32,000 nucleotides of DNA, taken from assembly GCF_000803625.1 (NCBI RefSeq), contig NZ_CP007496.1, forward strand, positions 450,001 to 482,000, given 5' to 3'. Shown here piece by piece: positions 1 to 9,023 of this stretch. The position numbers and the translations under genes are program-made. Numbering within the stretch: the first letter of the stretch is position 1; every line of letters starts with the position of its first letter. Under the pieces are notes generated by a model, which worked only from the letters and a program-made list of their open reading frames with translations, did no database searches and was not told the DNA's origin. The stretch is from Candidatus Nanosynbacter lyticus (GTDB taxonomy: Bacteria > Patescibacteriota > Saccharimonadia > Saccharimonadales > Saccharimonadaceae).

Positions 1-590
1 GTGTCGGTGCTCGAGGCCATAGCTACTACGCCGTAGCGACTGACTGCACCGTAAGTTGACTTAACACCGACTACGCCGTTAAAGCTGGCAGGCTGACGAA
101 TCGAACCGCCAGTGTCTGTACCCAGCGCAAACGGCACCACATCAAGCGCTGTCACTACCGCCGAACCACCCGATGAACCGCCAGCTACGCGAGTTTTGTC
201 CGCAGCGTTTTTGGTCGGACCAAAGGCCGAGTTTTCTGTCGAACCGCCATGGGCAAAGGCGTCCAAGTTGGCCTTGCCGATGCAGATTGCGCCTTCAGCC
301 TCCAACTTCTCAACGGCTGTGGCTTGCAGTGGCGCGTTAAAATTCTCGAGCATTTTTGCGGCAGCAGTTGTCGGCGCCCCAAAGGCCAAAAAATTGTCTT
401 TCACAACAAATGGCACGCCGGACAGCCGCCCAGAAACTTCGCCCTTATCCACCAGCTCGGCTCGCTCCAACGCCCGCTCTTCCGTTAAACTGAGTAGTGC
501 ATGATATTCTTCAATCTCGCGCGCTCGTCGCAACGCCTCTTTGACATTTTCGACTGCACTCTTTCCGGTAAAATCACTAATCCGACTCAT
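1..590 (-). CDS. gatA: Glutamyl-tRNA(Gln) amidotransferase subunit A, N-terminal part (runs off the window edge)
   Basis: The reverse-strand frame is open from the window edge to the ATG at 588-590. My translation is [38 protein letters not shown]...FVVKDNF...[10 protein letters not shown] (amidase signature). The start overlaps the gatC stop (TAATG). It is absent from the ORF track because it is truncated by the window. Confidence 0.88.
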   Translation of the reverse strand, partial: MSRISDFTGKSAVENVKEALRRAREIEEYHALLSLTEERALERAELVDKGEVSGRLSGVPFVVKDNFLAFGAPTTAAAKMLENFNAPLQATAVEKLEAEGAICIGKANLDAFAHGGSTENSAFGPTKNAADKTRVAGGSSGGSAVVTALDVVPFALGTDTGGSIRQPASFNGVVGVKSTYGAVSRYGVVAMASSTD

Positions 591-877
591 TACAATACCT
601 GCGGCACTTTCACTTGATTGTTCTGTTTTTCAGGCGCCAGCTCAAGTAACTCGTCTCGAGAAATCCCTGACTGAACCTCATCTTCACGCCAGACATTTTC
701 TAGACCCGTCACTTGATAAGTTGACTCCACACCAGACGTATCGAGCTCGCCCAGCTGCTCAATATAGCCAATTATATTTTCCAAATCCTGGCGTAGTCCA
801 TCAACTTCATCATCGGCCAATGCCAGACTACTTAAACTCGCCAAGTGCTGAATATCACTGGTAGAAATATTTGTCAT
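590..877 (-). CDS. gatC: Glutamyl-tRNA(Gln) amidotransferase subunit C
   Basis: The 95-aa ORF has GatC-like sequence ([31 protein letters not shown]). It sits immediately upstream of gatA and is translationally coupled to it. Confidence 0.9.
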   Translation of the reverse strand: MTNISTSDIQHLASLSSLALADDEVDGLRQDLENIIGYIEQLGELDTSGVESTYQVTGLENVWREDEVQSGISRDELLELAPEKQNNQVKVPQVL

Positions 878-883
878 ATCAAT

Positions 884-913
884 ATTATACCACTAAAAAA
901 AGTCGCCCATCAA
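884..913 (-). promoter_or_regulatory. Putative sigma70-type promoter of gatCA with extended -10, leaderless arrangement
   Basis: The minus strand reads TTGATG-18nt-TGgTATAAT-ATTGAT-ATG. The -10 hexamer is at 884-889, only 6 nt from the gatC ATG (875-877). There is no SD. Confidence 0.5.
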
Positions 914-927
914 AGTGAGCGACTTTT
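895..927 (-). terminator. Rho-independent terminator downstream of the 939-1775 membrane-protein gene
   Basis: The minus strand reads AAAAGTCGC-12 nt loop-GCGACTTTTTTT, a GC stem followed by a T-run. Confidence 0.6.
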
Positions 928-938
928 ATCATTATAAC

Positions 939-1775
939 TTAGTTATATTGCTTTAATTTTAAAGATTCGCGATATTTTTTAAGCTGAGACTCGTAGTCAG
1001 ATGGGATATCCTGCCCCTGCCGTGTTGATCTGCCAGTAGAAGAACCGCCCTTATCATGAACTTTAACGGCGATAGTGATAGCGCCAGTCAGCAAGACTAC
1101 AACAGAAACTGCAATGAGTACCAAAGACATAATCTTTGATTTGTTTCGGCCCTGAATGATCTGATAAATAAAGTAGCTAGTCGCAACCACTACTGCAAGA
1201 GCCAGCGCATAAGGCAAGAACTCACTCAGATACAGGCTCTTGTAAACTTCTCCACCGGCTGCACCGATAAATAACAATGAGCTAATAAGGATACTCACCA
1301 AGCGTGCAATCAAATCAACAGCTGGAATAATTAAAGCAGCCAATCCGCCATAAGTCACCAATTTGTAAGCCGTGCGGTTTGTATAACCCTCACGATCTGA
1401 CACCGCCTTTGATACGCGAGAAAATAGAACACAAGCTAGAATAGCTAAGACAACTGTAAACACTGACGCTGCGACAATTCCAGTTCCTGCCGTCACCATT
1501 GTTGGAGCCAAGAATCCACCGACGGTCCTTATTGCACCTGAAGTCGTATCCGACCAAAGACCAACTACACTTGTAATTACGTTAATCAATAAGAATGCTG
1601 AAACGACTGTCGAAGCCATTGCCAAAGCGTATTCTAACGTAAGAAGTTTTGCCTTACCTTTATTTGGGTCAGCATACACGTATTGCTGTGGGTATGCTGG
1701 ATAGCCTACTGGCTGCTGCACCGGCATTTCTGGTTGCGCAACGGCTGATGGCTGTGGTTGTTGTTTTGTTGCCAT
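939..1775 (-). CDS. Hypothetical polytopic membrane protein (P/Q-rich N-terminus, several TM helices)
   Basis: This is a 278-aa ORF with a GGAGGT SD 4 nt upstream of the ATG. It has multiple long hydrophobic segments, and I recognise no family. Confidence 0.8.
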   Translation of the reverse strand: MATKQQPQPSAVAQPEMPVQQPVGYPAYPQQYVYADPNKGKAKLLTLEYALAMASTVVSAFLLINVITSVVGLWSDTTSGAIRTVGGFLAPTMVTAGTGIVAASVFTVVLAILACVLFSRVSKAVSDREGYTNRTAYKLVTYGGLAALIIPAVDLIARLVSILISSLLFIGAAGGEVYKSLYLSEFLPYALALAVVVATSYFIYQIIQGRNKSKIMSLVLIAVSVVVLLTGAITIAVKVHDKGGSSTGRSTRQGQDIPSDYESQLKKYRESLKLKQYN

Positions 1776-1805
1776 ATTACCTCCTAATCTAATAATAATT
1801 CTATT

Positions 1806-3776
1806 CTACATGGTCTGGCGAATTTCTGCAATCAAATCACGCAGCTCCGCCGCTTTTTCAAACTCCAAGTTAGCACTATGCAGTTCCATTTGACCAGTCA
1901 GCTCCTTGATCAGCGTCGGATATTCGTCCTTTGGAATTTTCTTCAAATCAAGCTTTGGCTTTTTGTCCGATTCTTTTTGCGGAATGATGGAACGCAGACC
2001 ATCGTCAATCTTCTTCTGGATGGTTTGCGGTGTGATGCCGTGCTCTTCGTTGTATTGCTGCTGAATAGCACGCCGACGATTAGTCTCATCAATTGCTCGG
2101 CGCATACTGTCAGTTACGGTATCACCATACATCAGTACCCGCCCATCGACATGTCGCGCCGCCCGGCCAATCGTCTGAATCAGCGCCTGCTCACTACGAA
2201 GGAAGCCCTCTTTATCAGCATCCATAATCGCCACCAGACTGACTTCTGGTAGGTCCAACCCCTCGCGTAGCAAATTGATACCAACTAACACGTCATACGT
2301 TCCCAGCCGCAAATCTTTGAGAATATCACCGCGCTCTAATGTGTCAATCTCACTGTGTAGATACGCCGTTTTCACGCCATTGTCGGTCAAGTAGGCGCTT
2401 AAGTCCTCAGCCATACGCTTGGTCAAGGTGGTTACCAATACGCGGTGGCCGTTGGCGATGGTCTGGCGAATCTCCTCCATTAAATCATCAACCTGCCCCT
2501 CAGTTGGCCACACCTCAATCGGCGGATCAAGCAGCCCCGTCGGCCGAATCAACTGTTCAGCCGGCTTTGGCGAATGAGCAATTTCATAGTCACCTGGCGT
2601 AGCGGAAACATAAATCGCCTGGTGAATATGCTGATCAAATTCATCAAACCTCAGCGGACGGTTATCCAGCGCACTCGGCAAACGAAAACCATGCTCCACC
2701 AACACTTCCTTGCGCGCCCGGTCGCCGTTATACATACCGCGCACTTGCGGCAAGGTCATGTGCGACTCATCGACTAGCAGCAGCCAATCGTCCGGAAAAT
2801 AATCAATCAACGTCGCTGGCTGCTCGCCCGGCTCGCGGTCGGTCAAATAGCGCGAATAGTTCTCAATGCCTTTGACAAAGCCAGTTTCTTTCAGCATCTC
2901 CAGGTCGTATTTGGTGCGCTGAGCTAGGCGCTGCGCCTCGAGTAACTTATCGTGCGATTCAAACCATTTCAGCCGCTCGTCAAACTCCTTTTCGATGCCG
3001 ATGATGGCTTTTTCAATTCGTTCGCGCGGCGTTGAATAGTGGCTGGACGGAAAAATCGTCAGGCTAGCTGGCTGATCCAAAATCTCGCCCGTTAGCGGAT
3101 CAATTCGCGTTAGTCTCTCGACCTCATCGCCAAAAAATTCCACCCGCACCGCCGTATCCTGCCCGGCCGGGAAAATATCTACCACGTCGCCGCGCACCCG
3201 AAACGTACCGCGTGCAAAATCAACATCGTTTCGCTTATATTGAATATCAGTTAGCAGGCGGATGAACTTGTCCTGAACCCGCCGCTCGCCGACCGTCAAT
3301 TGAATCGCCATATCAGCATACGTTTCCGGCGAACCGATGCCGTAAATACAGCTGACACTCGCCACGATAATCACATCGCGCCGCGTTAGCAGTGCCGAGG
3401 TGGCAGCATGTCGCAGTCGATCAATCTCATCATTAATCTTCGAATCTTTCTCAATGTACGTATCACTACTGGCGATATAAGCTTCCGGCTGGTAATAATC
3501 AAAATAGCTGACAAAATAATGCACCTCATTATCCGGAAAAAATTCCTTAAACTCAGAAAACAGCTGCGCCGCCAAAGTCTTATTATGCGCTAGTACCAGC
3601 GTCGGCACGTTCCGTCGGGCAATAATATTCGCCATAGTAAACGTCTTACCAGAACCCGTCACGCCCAGCAAAGTTTGCTCGCGCTCGCCCCGCTCCAGCC
3701 CTGTCACCAATTGAGCAATCGCCGTCGGCTGGTCGCCAGTCGGCTGGTAGGAAGAAGAGAGGCGAAATTTATTCAC
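1806..3776 (-). CDS. uvrB: Excinuclease ABC subunit B
   Basis: The 656-aa ORF has Walker [15 protein letters not shown], a helicase C region, and a C-terminal UVR motif ([15 protein letters not shown]). It uses a GTG start at 3774-3776, and an in-frame TAG 4 codons upstream excludes a longer form. Confidence 0.97.
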   Translation of the reverse strand: MNKFRLSSSYQPTGDQPTAIAQLVTGLERGEREQTLLGVTGSGKTFTMANIIARRNVPTLVLAHNKTLAAQLFSEFKEFFPDNEVHYFVSYFDYYQPEAYIASSDTYIEKDSKINDEIDRLRHAATSALLTRRDVIIVASVSCIYGIGSPETYADMAIQLTVGERRVQDKFIRLLTDIQYKRNDVDFARGTFRVRGDVVDIFPAGQDTAVRVEFFGDEVERLTRIDPLTGEILDQPASLTIFPSSHYSTPRERIEKAIIGIEKEFDERLKWFESHDKLLEAQRLAQRTKYDLEMLKETGFVKGIENYSRYLTDREPGEQPATLIDYFPDDWLLLVDESHMTLPQVRGMYNGDRARKEVLVEHGFRLPSALDNRPLRFDEFDQHIHQAIYVSATPGDYEIAHSPKPAEQLIRPTGLLDPPIEVWPTEGQVDDLMEEIRQTIANGHRVLVTTLTKRMAEDLSAYLTDNGVKTAYLHSEIDTLERGDILKDLRLGTYDVLVGINLLREGLDLPEVSLVAIMDADKEGFLRSEQALIQTIGRAARHVDGRVLMYGDTVTDSMRRAIDETNRRRAIQQQYNEEHGITPQTIQKKIDDGLRSIIPQKESDKKPKLDLKKIPKDEYPTLIKELTGQMELHSANLEFEKAAELRDLIAEIRQTM

Positions 3777-3803
3777 CTCTCTATTCTACTATATTTATAA
3801 AAA

Positions 3804-4403
3804 CTAGTCTTGCTCGTAAGTCTGAGGCGTGCCAGAAACTTCACACTTGCCATCGACCAGCCGACTCGGAACTAGCGCAGCTTTTAGATCTGAGCATGGC
3901 ATATAACTCTGTTGTGTGCCAGCGACTATGCCAATTTCACCCGTGCCATTTTTTGGTCCAATTATCGTATAGGCATTTGCCAGACCATAAACTGCCGCAT
4001 ATTTTCCGTATGCGCGGTCAATGACTGGCTCATATGTGTAGCCTTCACGCTCTGGAATTGGCTGACCAACTTTAGATTTCAAGAACTTCTTTAGAGAATC
4101 GTCGATATCCAATTTGTCAACATCACTTACTGAAGTTAGCTTAGTGCCAGTACCGTCTCTCCCAGTGCGAAAATCTTTATATTTTTTCTTTGTGTCGTCC
4201 GACGGCTTCGTACCTTCTTCTCTGGTTTTATCTGATAGTCTAGACGAATCTTTCTTTGTCTCGCTAGTTTTTACAGAAGAGTCAGTACCCTTATCCTTAT
4301 TCAGTGCTCCTACAATAATCCAAGTTACCAGACCAATAATAACTAACCCCATAACAATCACCGTCGCAATCAACCATTTATTAGCCGTTGGTTTATTATC
4401 CAT
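3804..4403 (-). CDS. Hypothetical membrane-anchored (probably extracytoplasmic) protein
   Basis: The 199-aa ORF has a GGAGGG SD and one N-terminal TM helix (WLIATVIVMGLVIIGLVTWIIVGAL). A K/D/T/S-rich linker follows, then a C-terminal domain with two Cys. Confidence 0.8.
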   Translation of the reverse strand: MDNKPTANKWLIATVIVMGLVIIGLVTWIIVGALNKDKGTDSSVKTSETKKDSSRLSDKTREEGTKPSDDTKKKYKDFRTGRDGTGTKLTSVSDVDKLDIDDSLKKFLKSKVGQPIPEREGYTYEPVIDRAYGKYAAVYGLANAYTIIGPKNGTGEIGIVAGTQQSYMPCSDLKAALVPSRLVDGKCEVSGTPQTYEQD

Positions 4404-4466
4404 ATTTAACCCTCCATTTAAATTGTGGTTTTGATTTTATACTGCCACCTGCCTACTGTCAATTCA

Positions 4467-4495
4467 TTGCAGCCACAACCATTTTATGATATAGT
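4467..4495 (+). promoter_or_regulatory. Putative promoter of the LOG-family gene
   Basis: The sequence reads TTGCAG-17nt-TGaTATAGT (extended -10). A leader of about 30 nt with SD AAAGGA follows. Confidence 0.5.
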
Positions 4496-4529
4496 AATAA
4501 AGTTAAAAATTAGAATAAAAAGGATAATA

Positions 4530-5198
4530 ATGACTCCGAAAAATGTTTGTATTCCGCGCGAACTGCAGCTCCAAGCAGCCATGTTTCGTCTGGGCAATGT
4601 CGATGAAGAAATCCATGCCGGCTATGAAATTCTCCAAAAATATCATAAAACAGTAACCTTTTTTGGCTCAGCCAGAATAAGCGAAGATAACGGATATTAC
4701 CAGAAAGCCAAAGAATTGGCCTTTCAATTGGCAAAAGATGGCTACACAATTATTACCGGTGGCGGCGGCGGAATCATGGAAGCAGCAAACCGCGGCGCCA
4801 TAGAAGCTGGCGGACAATCAATTGGCTTTAATATCCGCCTACCACACGAACAATCGCTCAACAAATACACCACCGACTCTTTCGCCTTTACTCACTTTGC
4901 GCCGCGTAAAATTGTTATGACTCTGCTGGCGGATGCTTACGTCTGTTTTCCGGGCGGCTTTGGGACGATGGATGAAATCTGCGAGATTATTACATTAACT
5001 CAAACTAAAAAAATGACTCCCGTGCCAATTGTTCTGTTCGATAAAAAATTCTGGCACAAGTGGGATGAATTTGTCCATGAAAGCATACTTCCGAATAAGC
5101 TCATTTCTGATGGCGATGAGAAAATTTATACAATCACCGAAGACATCACAGAGGTAGTTGATCTTATTAAGAGTCAGCAAACTTGCTGCGACCGTTAG
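4530..5198 (+). CDS. LOG family protein (TIGR00730-type, cytokinin riboside 5'-monophosphate phosphoribohydrolase-like)
   Basis: Motifs GGGGGIMEAANRGA and PGGFGTMDE are present. I moved the start to ATG 4530 (M36 of the tracked ORF), which has an AAAGGA SD. The upstream 35 codons overlap the promoter region and look non-coding. Confidence 0.85.
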   Translation: MTPKNVCIPRELQLQAAMFRLGNVDEEIHAGYEILQKYHKTVTFFGSARISEDNGYYQKAKELAFQLAKDGYTIITGGGGGIMEAANRGAIEAGGQSIGFNIRLPHEQSLNKYTTDSFAFTHFAPRKIVMTLLADAYVCFPGGFGTMDEICEIITLTQTKKMTPVPIVLFDKKFWHKWDEFVHESILPNKLISDGDEKIYTITEDITEVVDLIKSQQTCCDR

Positions 5199-5199
5199 T

Positions 5200-5679
5200 C
5201 TATTTCTTAGATTTTGGCTCAATCCAGCAGATTCCGCCCTGACAAACCACTCGCTCAACCGCAGGATTATGCGTGTGCGGGTGGTTTTTATAGCGACGGG
5301 TAATTTCAAATCCCAAGCCCCGCTTACCGTGAGTCGTCTGTTGCCTACCCAGAGGCAATTGATAATGATAATTATTCACAACGTCAATCGGGTTAAACGA
5401 TATCACTTGACCGTCAACATCCAGAAGCACCCACTCAGAAGCTTTAAATGGCGCCCACTTATCTATTTTTGGTGCAATAGCCATGAGCGACTGATAAATT
5501 TCCTCAGCTGTTGCATTTGTCGGGTCAAGTCCCAAAGAACGAATAATCGAGTGCGCCCTAGCCAGTATTTCCGCAATCAATCGCACATCACTGTCATCCC
5601 TAGTCATCTGCCTAAGCTCAGTCAAGGCACGACGTTTCTTAGCGTCATCTCCTAATAATTTTCCTAGATTTTGCGCCAT
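5200..5679 (-). CDS. Hypothetical protein, translationally coupled to the PfkB kinase
   Basis: The 159-aa ORF has balanced composition. Its ATG overlaps the upstream stop (TAATG). I recognise no family. Confidence 0.7.
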   Translation of the reverse strand: MAQNLGKLLGDDAKKRRALTELRQMTRDDSDVRLIAEILARAHSIIRSLGLDPTNATAEEIYQSLMAIAPKIDKWAPFKASEWVLLDVDGQVISFNPIDVVNNYHYQLPLGRQQTTHGKRGLGFEITRRYKNHPHTHNPAVERVVCQGGICWIEPKSKK

Positions 5680-6641
5680 TATAGTTCCCTTTCTTGAATT
5701 GGCATAGTATGAAGTGGTGTACCAGAATATAAAATACCAGCTTTCGCCCCAATTTTCATGACAACCGAGCTAGCATTTGCACTACCCATTATTACAGAAT
5801 TTTTCAAATTACCGCTCCTCGCCCATTCACTCAAAAAACCAGACGCAAAGGCATCACCAGCGCCCGTTCTGTCAATTGAAGGGCTGTCGTCGTACATTAA
5901 GGCTCGCACAATAGTCTTTCCGTCACTTGCCATGGAACCATTTACGCCGTCCGTCACTAGAACAACTGGTACCAAATTTAATCCACGGCGCACCAAAGTC
6001 TCCAAATCGTCGCCGGACACCAATTGTTGCATTTCCTCTTTATTAAGCGTCAAGACGTCAACATCAGACAAAAGTCCCAGCAATTTATCCTTTTGTGCCA
6101 ATTCTTTCTTGCCAGGATTAAAACAAATTTTCATATCGCGACGTTTGGCCTGGTGAAATAATTTATGAAGCATCGGCATATTACCGGCCAGCGTCGAAAC
6201 ATACAACCAGTCTGCATCTTCATCAGATAAATCAAAGTCCGCCTCGTGATAATGAGTTGAGGCTCCGCGGTATGTTAGAATTGTCCTTTCGCCATTTGAA
6301 GCCAGGAGCAAGACAGAGTATCCCGTGCTGTACTTTGGGGAATATCGTACTAAATGCGTATCAATATTTTCCTTATCCAAATCAGCCAAAACAGCCTGAC
6401 CAGCTGGATCATGACCGATCGCTCCCATAAAGCTAACATAATGACCCTGCCTGGCGAAAGTTACCGCTGCATTTGTAGCGCCACCACCGGTCGCAAAGTG
6501 GATTTGATTAACGTCGGCCTTTGCACCCAAATCCAGTCGCGCAAAACAATGCTCTGGACTTTCACACACTGGCGTTAATGCGTCCGATTGACTCAAAAAA
6601 ACGTCCTGGATAGCGGCACCGACGGTAATAATTTTTGCCAT
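5679..6641 (-). CDS. PfkB-family carbohydrate kinase (ribokinase/phosphofructokinase-B superfamily)
   Basis: The 320-aa ORF has motifs GGGATNAAV and DRTGAGDAFASGF. Its start overlaps the fba stop. Confidence 0.88.
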   Translation of the reverse strand: MAKIITVGAAIQDVFLSQSDALTPVCESPEHCFARLDLGAKADVNQIHFATGGGATNAAVTFARQGHYVSFMGAIGHDPAGQAVLADLDKENIDTHLVRYSPKYSTGYSVLLLASNGERTILTYRGASTHYHEADFDLSDEDADWLYVSTLAGNMPMLHKLFHQAKRRDMKICFNPGKKELAQKDKLLGLLSDVDVLTLNKEEMQQLVSGDDLETLVRRGLNLVPVVLVTDGVNGSMASDGKTIVRALMYDDSPSIDRTGAGDAFASGFLSEWARSGNLKNSVIMGSANASSVVMKIGAKAGILYSGTPLHTMPIQEREL

Positions 6642-7552
6642 TACACCACCGCCTTTCCTGCGGAATTAAACGCCTTAATCTTTGACTCTACAACTTCTTG
6701 GACAGCCGCGTAGACTGGAGGCATCAGCTTAACGATGGCATATTCATGTGGATTTTCACGCAAGGTTTTTTCCAGTGTGGTGCGGAAAGCGTAGCGCATA
6801 TCGGAGTTGATGTTGATTTTGGAAACGCCAATTTTTGCCGCATCTTCAAAGTAGTGCAGCGGCGTACCTGACCCACCATGAAGCGAAATCTGGCAGTACA
6901 GCGCCTGGCGAATGCGTGCTAATAATTCCAAATCTAACACTTTCGGTACTGGATATTTACCGTGCAGGTTACCCACTGCCGCCGCAAAGGTATCAATCCC
7001 CGTCGCCTCGACAAATGCCCGCGCACCGTCTGGCGTGGAAAAAGTTTTCTTGATTTCTTCATAGTCAATGGCTTCGGTATGAACATTAGAGCTGCCACCA
7101 AAATAGTGTGGCTCGGACTCTACCAAGGCGCCAGTAAACTTGGCGTACTCGACGACCTCGCGGGTTTTAGCGATGATTTCCTCGTCGGAAGCATCGTGAT
7201 TTGCCTGGGAAATGTCGATGTGCACAAACTCATACCCCGCGTCAATGGCTCGTTTACAGCCCTCGACTGTCGGACCGTGATCCAAGTTCAAATACATCTC
7301 GATGTCATATTCAGCCTTGTAGTTATCCACCAAGTCACGGACGTTCTCCAAGCCCATGGCTTTCACTTCGGCGTCTGACACCTCGACCAACACCGGAGAC
7401 TGGAGTTTTTGCGCCGCACGTGCCACGGCTATTAGCGTTTCTTGGTTGTCAATATTAAACGCCCCGACCGCAAAATGCTGCGCCCGTGTCCGCTGCATCA
7501 AATGACGCGCTCGCGTCGTGTTTTGCCGAATCTCTGAAATCGATAGTCCCAT
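6641..7552 (-). CDS. fba: Class II ketose-bisphosphate aldolase (fructose-1,6-bisphosphate aldolase family)
   Basis: The 303-aa ORF carries FNIDNQETL, LNLDHG, HIDIS and SLHGGSG, typical of class II FBA/tagatose-bisphosphate aldolases. It has an AGGGGGG SD. Confidence 0.88.
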   Translation of the reverse strand: MGLSISEIRQNTTRARHLMQRTRAQHFAVGAFNIDNQETLIAVARAAQKLQSPVLVEVSDAEVKAMGLENVRDLVDNYKAEYDIEMYLNLDHGPTVEGCKRAIDAGYEFVHIDISQANHDASDEEIIAKTREVVEYAKFTGALVESEPHYFGGSSNVHTEAIDYEEIKKTFSTPDGARAFVEATGIDTFAAAVGNLHGKYPVPKVLDLELLARIRQALYCQISLHGGSGTPLHYFEDAAKIGVSKININSDMRYAFRTTLEKTLRENPHEYAIVKLMPPVYAAVQEVVESKIKAFNSAGKAVV

Positions 7553-7578
7553 ACTGCCCCCCTAAAATACTTATGCTA

Positions 7579-7607
7579 ATTATATCAGTTAGCGAGCGCT
7601 GTGCCAA
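7579..7607 (-). promoter_or_regulatory. Putative promoter of the fba operon
   Basis: The minus strand reads TTGGCA-17nt-TATAAT, about 27 nt upstream of the fba ATG. Confidence 0.55.
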
Positions 7608-7638
7608 GATACTTTGAATATTTCCAAAATAGCATATA

Positions 7639-7667
7639 TTGATTTTTAATGGAATATACGGTATATT
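7639..7667 (+). promoter_or_regulatory. Putative promoter of small-ORF cassette A
   Basis: The sequence reads TTGATT-17nt-TATATT. It is divergent from the fba promoter. Confidence 0.5.
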
Positions 7668-7676
7668 ACATGTCAG

Positions 7677-7745
7677 CTTTTGCTCAAGGCCTGTCTAAGG
7701 GCAAAAGAGCCCTTTAACCTTGAGTGCTCACCGAAAGGAGGGGCG
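7677..7745 (+). promoter_or_regulatory. Structured 5' leader, copy A of a repeated leader motif (candidate cis-regulatory RNA)
   Basis: About two-thirds of positions match 11081-11155. It has nested stems CTCAAGG/CCTTGAG and AAGGGC/GCCCTT, then a hairpin CTCACC-GAAA-GGAGGG that contains the SD. Confidence 0.55.
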
Positions 7746-7991
7746 ATGAGCCCTGTCGTGAAGATAGCCAAACTCGCATTTAACGGGTTTATCGTATTTG
7801 TCCTAGCAGCATGCATAGCATGGTGGGCGATTGTCGGCGGGCTGTCTGAGGCCTACGGGCCGATCGCAGGACTAACGTTCGCGTTTGTAAGCATAGCAAC
7901 TCCCGTACTTATCTACGGGATGAAACGTCACAACCACCACGAAGGGTACTACCCCGAGTGCGACTGCAACTGTTGCCGCGAACGCAAGTGA
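7746..7991 (+). CDS. Small (81 aa) two-TM membrane protein with Cys/His-rich C-terminal tail
   Basis: ATG 7746 is preceded by AAAGGAGGGG. There are two hydrophobic helices and the tail HNHHEGYYPECDCNCCRERK. The 22 upstream codons of the tracked ORF are the leader. Confidence 0.65.
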   Translation: MSPVVKIAKLAFNGFIVFVLAACIAWWAIVGGLSEAYGPIAGLTFAFVSIATPVLIYGMKRHNHHEGYYPECDCNCCRERK

Positions 7992-7996
7992 CGCAC

Positions 7997-8061
7997 ACCC
8001 GTCAGGACTACTGCTTTGAGGTCTTTAATTAGATCTTGGTAGTAGCTCCTGGCGGGTTTTT
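7997..8061 (+). terminator. Rho-independent terminator of cassette A
   Basis: A long imperfect hairpin pairs ACCCGTCAGGACTACT with AGTAGcTCCTGGCGGGT (16 bp, one bulge, one G-T pair). It is followed by TTTTT. Confidence 0.65.
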
Positions 8062-9023
8062 CACTGGAGAAAATCAACAACACTGTGAGTAATTGAATCA
8101 ACGTCCAAGCCATGCTTTTTCCATAATTCAGACATTTTGCCCGACTCTCCAAACGTGTCATTGACACCAATTCGCTTCATCTTCACCGGCAAATTCTCAC
8201 TAAGAACTTCCGCCACGCTCGAACCAAATCCGCCAGTAATCTGCCCCTCTTCCGCCGTAATAACAGCTTGACATTTTTGAGCCGCGTTAAGTACGGCCTC
8301 TTCATCCAATGGTTTAATTGTCGGGAAATGAATGACCTCCGCCTGAATATCATATTCTTTCGCCAATTTTTCTGCCGCTAATAACAGTTGATATGTCATC
8401 ACGCCCGTTCCCAATAGCGCGACATCTTTACCTCGCCTCAGTACATAACTTTTTCCGATCTCAAAAGTAGATTGATTTAAGAACAACGGCGTTTTTTCCC
8501 GAGGCAATCTCACGTAATTCGGGCGCTTATCGCCAGCCATTGCGCCCGCCATCAGCCTGGCTTCATTAGCATCGCCTGGCGCCAACACCACCATGTTTGG
8601 CAAACTGCGCATCAAAGCAATATCTTCCAACATCTGATGCGTCGCACCGTCCGCGCCAACGTTCAACCCAGCATGCGAGCCAACCAACTTGACTGGCTGA
8701 TTATTCAAACAAATAGTCGTCCGAATCTGTTCCCAATTCCGCCCCGGACTAAACGCCGCGTAACTGGCTGCAAATGGAATATTACCCATGGCAGCTAACC
8801 CAGACGCCACTGTCACCAAATTCTGCTCCGCCACACCAACTTCAATCGCCCTAGGACTACCAATTTCCTTAGCAAATTCACCAAAGCCGACGCTTTCCAT
8901 CAAATCCGCACTCAGCGCCACCACTAGATTATTCTTCTTAGCGACGTCTGTTAATCCTTCGCCAAAACCAATGCGAATAGCTGCAGTCTCTGATTGCCGC
9001 CAATCTTCTCTCAGAAAACTCAC
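8061..9023 (-). CDS. Transketolase, C-terminal (pyrimidine-binding) subunit
   Basis: The 320-aa ORF has EVGVAEQNLVTVASGLA and a GTG start overlapping the upstream stop (GTGA). This is a split transketolase. Confidence 0.92.
   Translation of the reverse strand: MSFLREDWRQSETAAIRIGFGEGLTDVAKKNNLVVALSADLMESVGFGEFAKEIGSPRAIEVGVAEQNLVTVASGLAAMGNIPFAASYAAFSPGRNWEQIRTTICLNNQPVKLVGSHAGLNVGADGATHQMLEDIALMRSLPNMVVLAPGDANEARLMAGAMAGDKRPNYVRLPREKTPLFLNQSTFEIGKSYVLRRGKDVALLGTGVMTYQLLLAAEKLAKEYDIQAEVIHFPTIKPLDEEAVLNAAQKCQAVITAEEGQITGGFGSSVAEVLSENLPVKMKRIGVNDTFGESGKMSELWKKHGLDVDSITHSVVDFLQ

Noticed and set aside
112-504. Plus-strand ORFs 112-504 (130 aa), 249-488 and 541-864 at the left edge
   Set aside because: They are antisense shadows of gatA and gatC. 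The minus-strand frames carry clear amidase/GatC sequence, while the plus-strand products are low-complexity (S/A/P-rich).
4425-4529. N-terminal extensions of tracked ORFs (4425-4529, 7680-7745, 10956-11024, 11126-11155, 12480-12569)
   Set aside because: In each case an internal ATG gives the family-typical N-terminus or has a good SD (or a leaderless -10). The extensions run through promoter or leader sequence, or overlap the divergent neighbour.
5196-5202. Convergent LOG and 159-aa genes whose stop codons are 1 nt apart with no terminator
   Set aside because: This is probably just genome compaction. No structure is visible, so there is nothing to test from sequence alone.
5158-5655. Plus-strand 165-aa ORF nearly co-extensive with the minus-strand 159-aa ORF
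   Set aside because: Its translation is R/S/L-rich and looks like junk. It would overlap the LOG gene's 3' end. The minus-strand ORF has balanced composition and a start coupled to the upstream stop, so I kept that one, though neither has a recognisable family.
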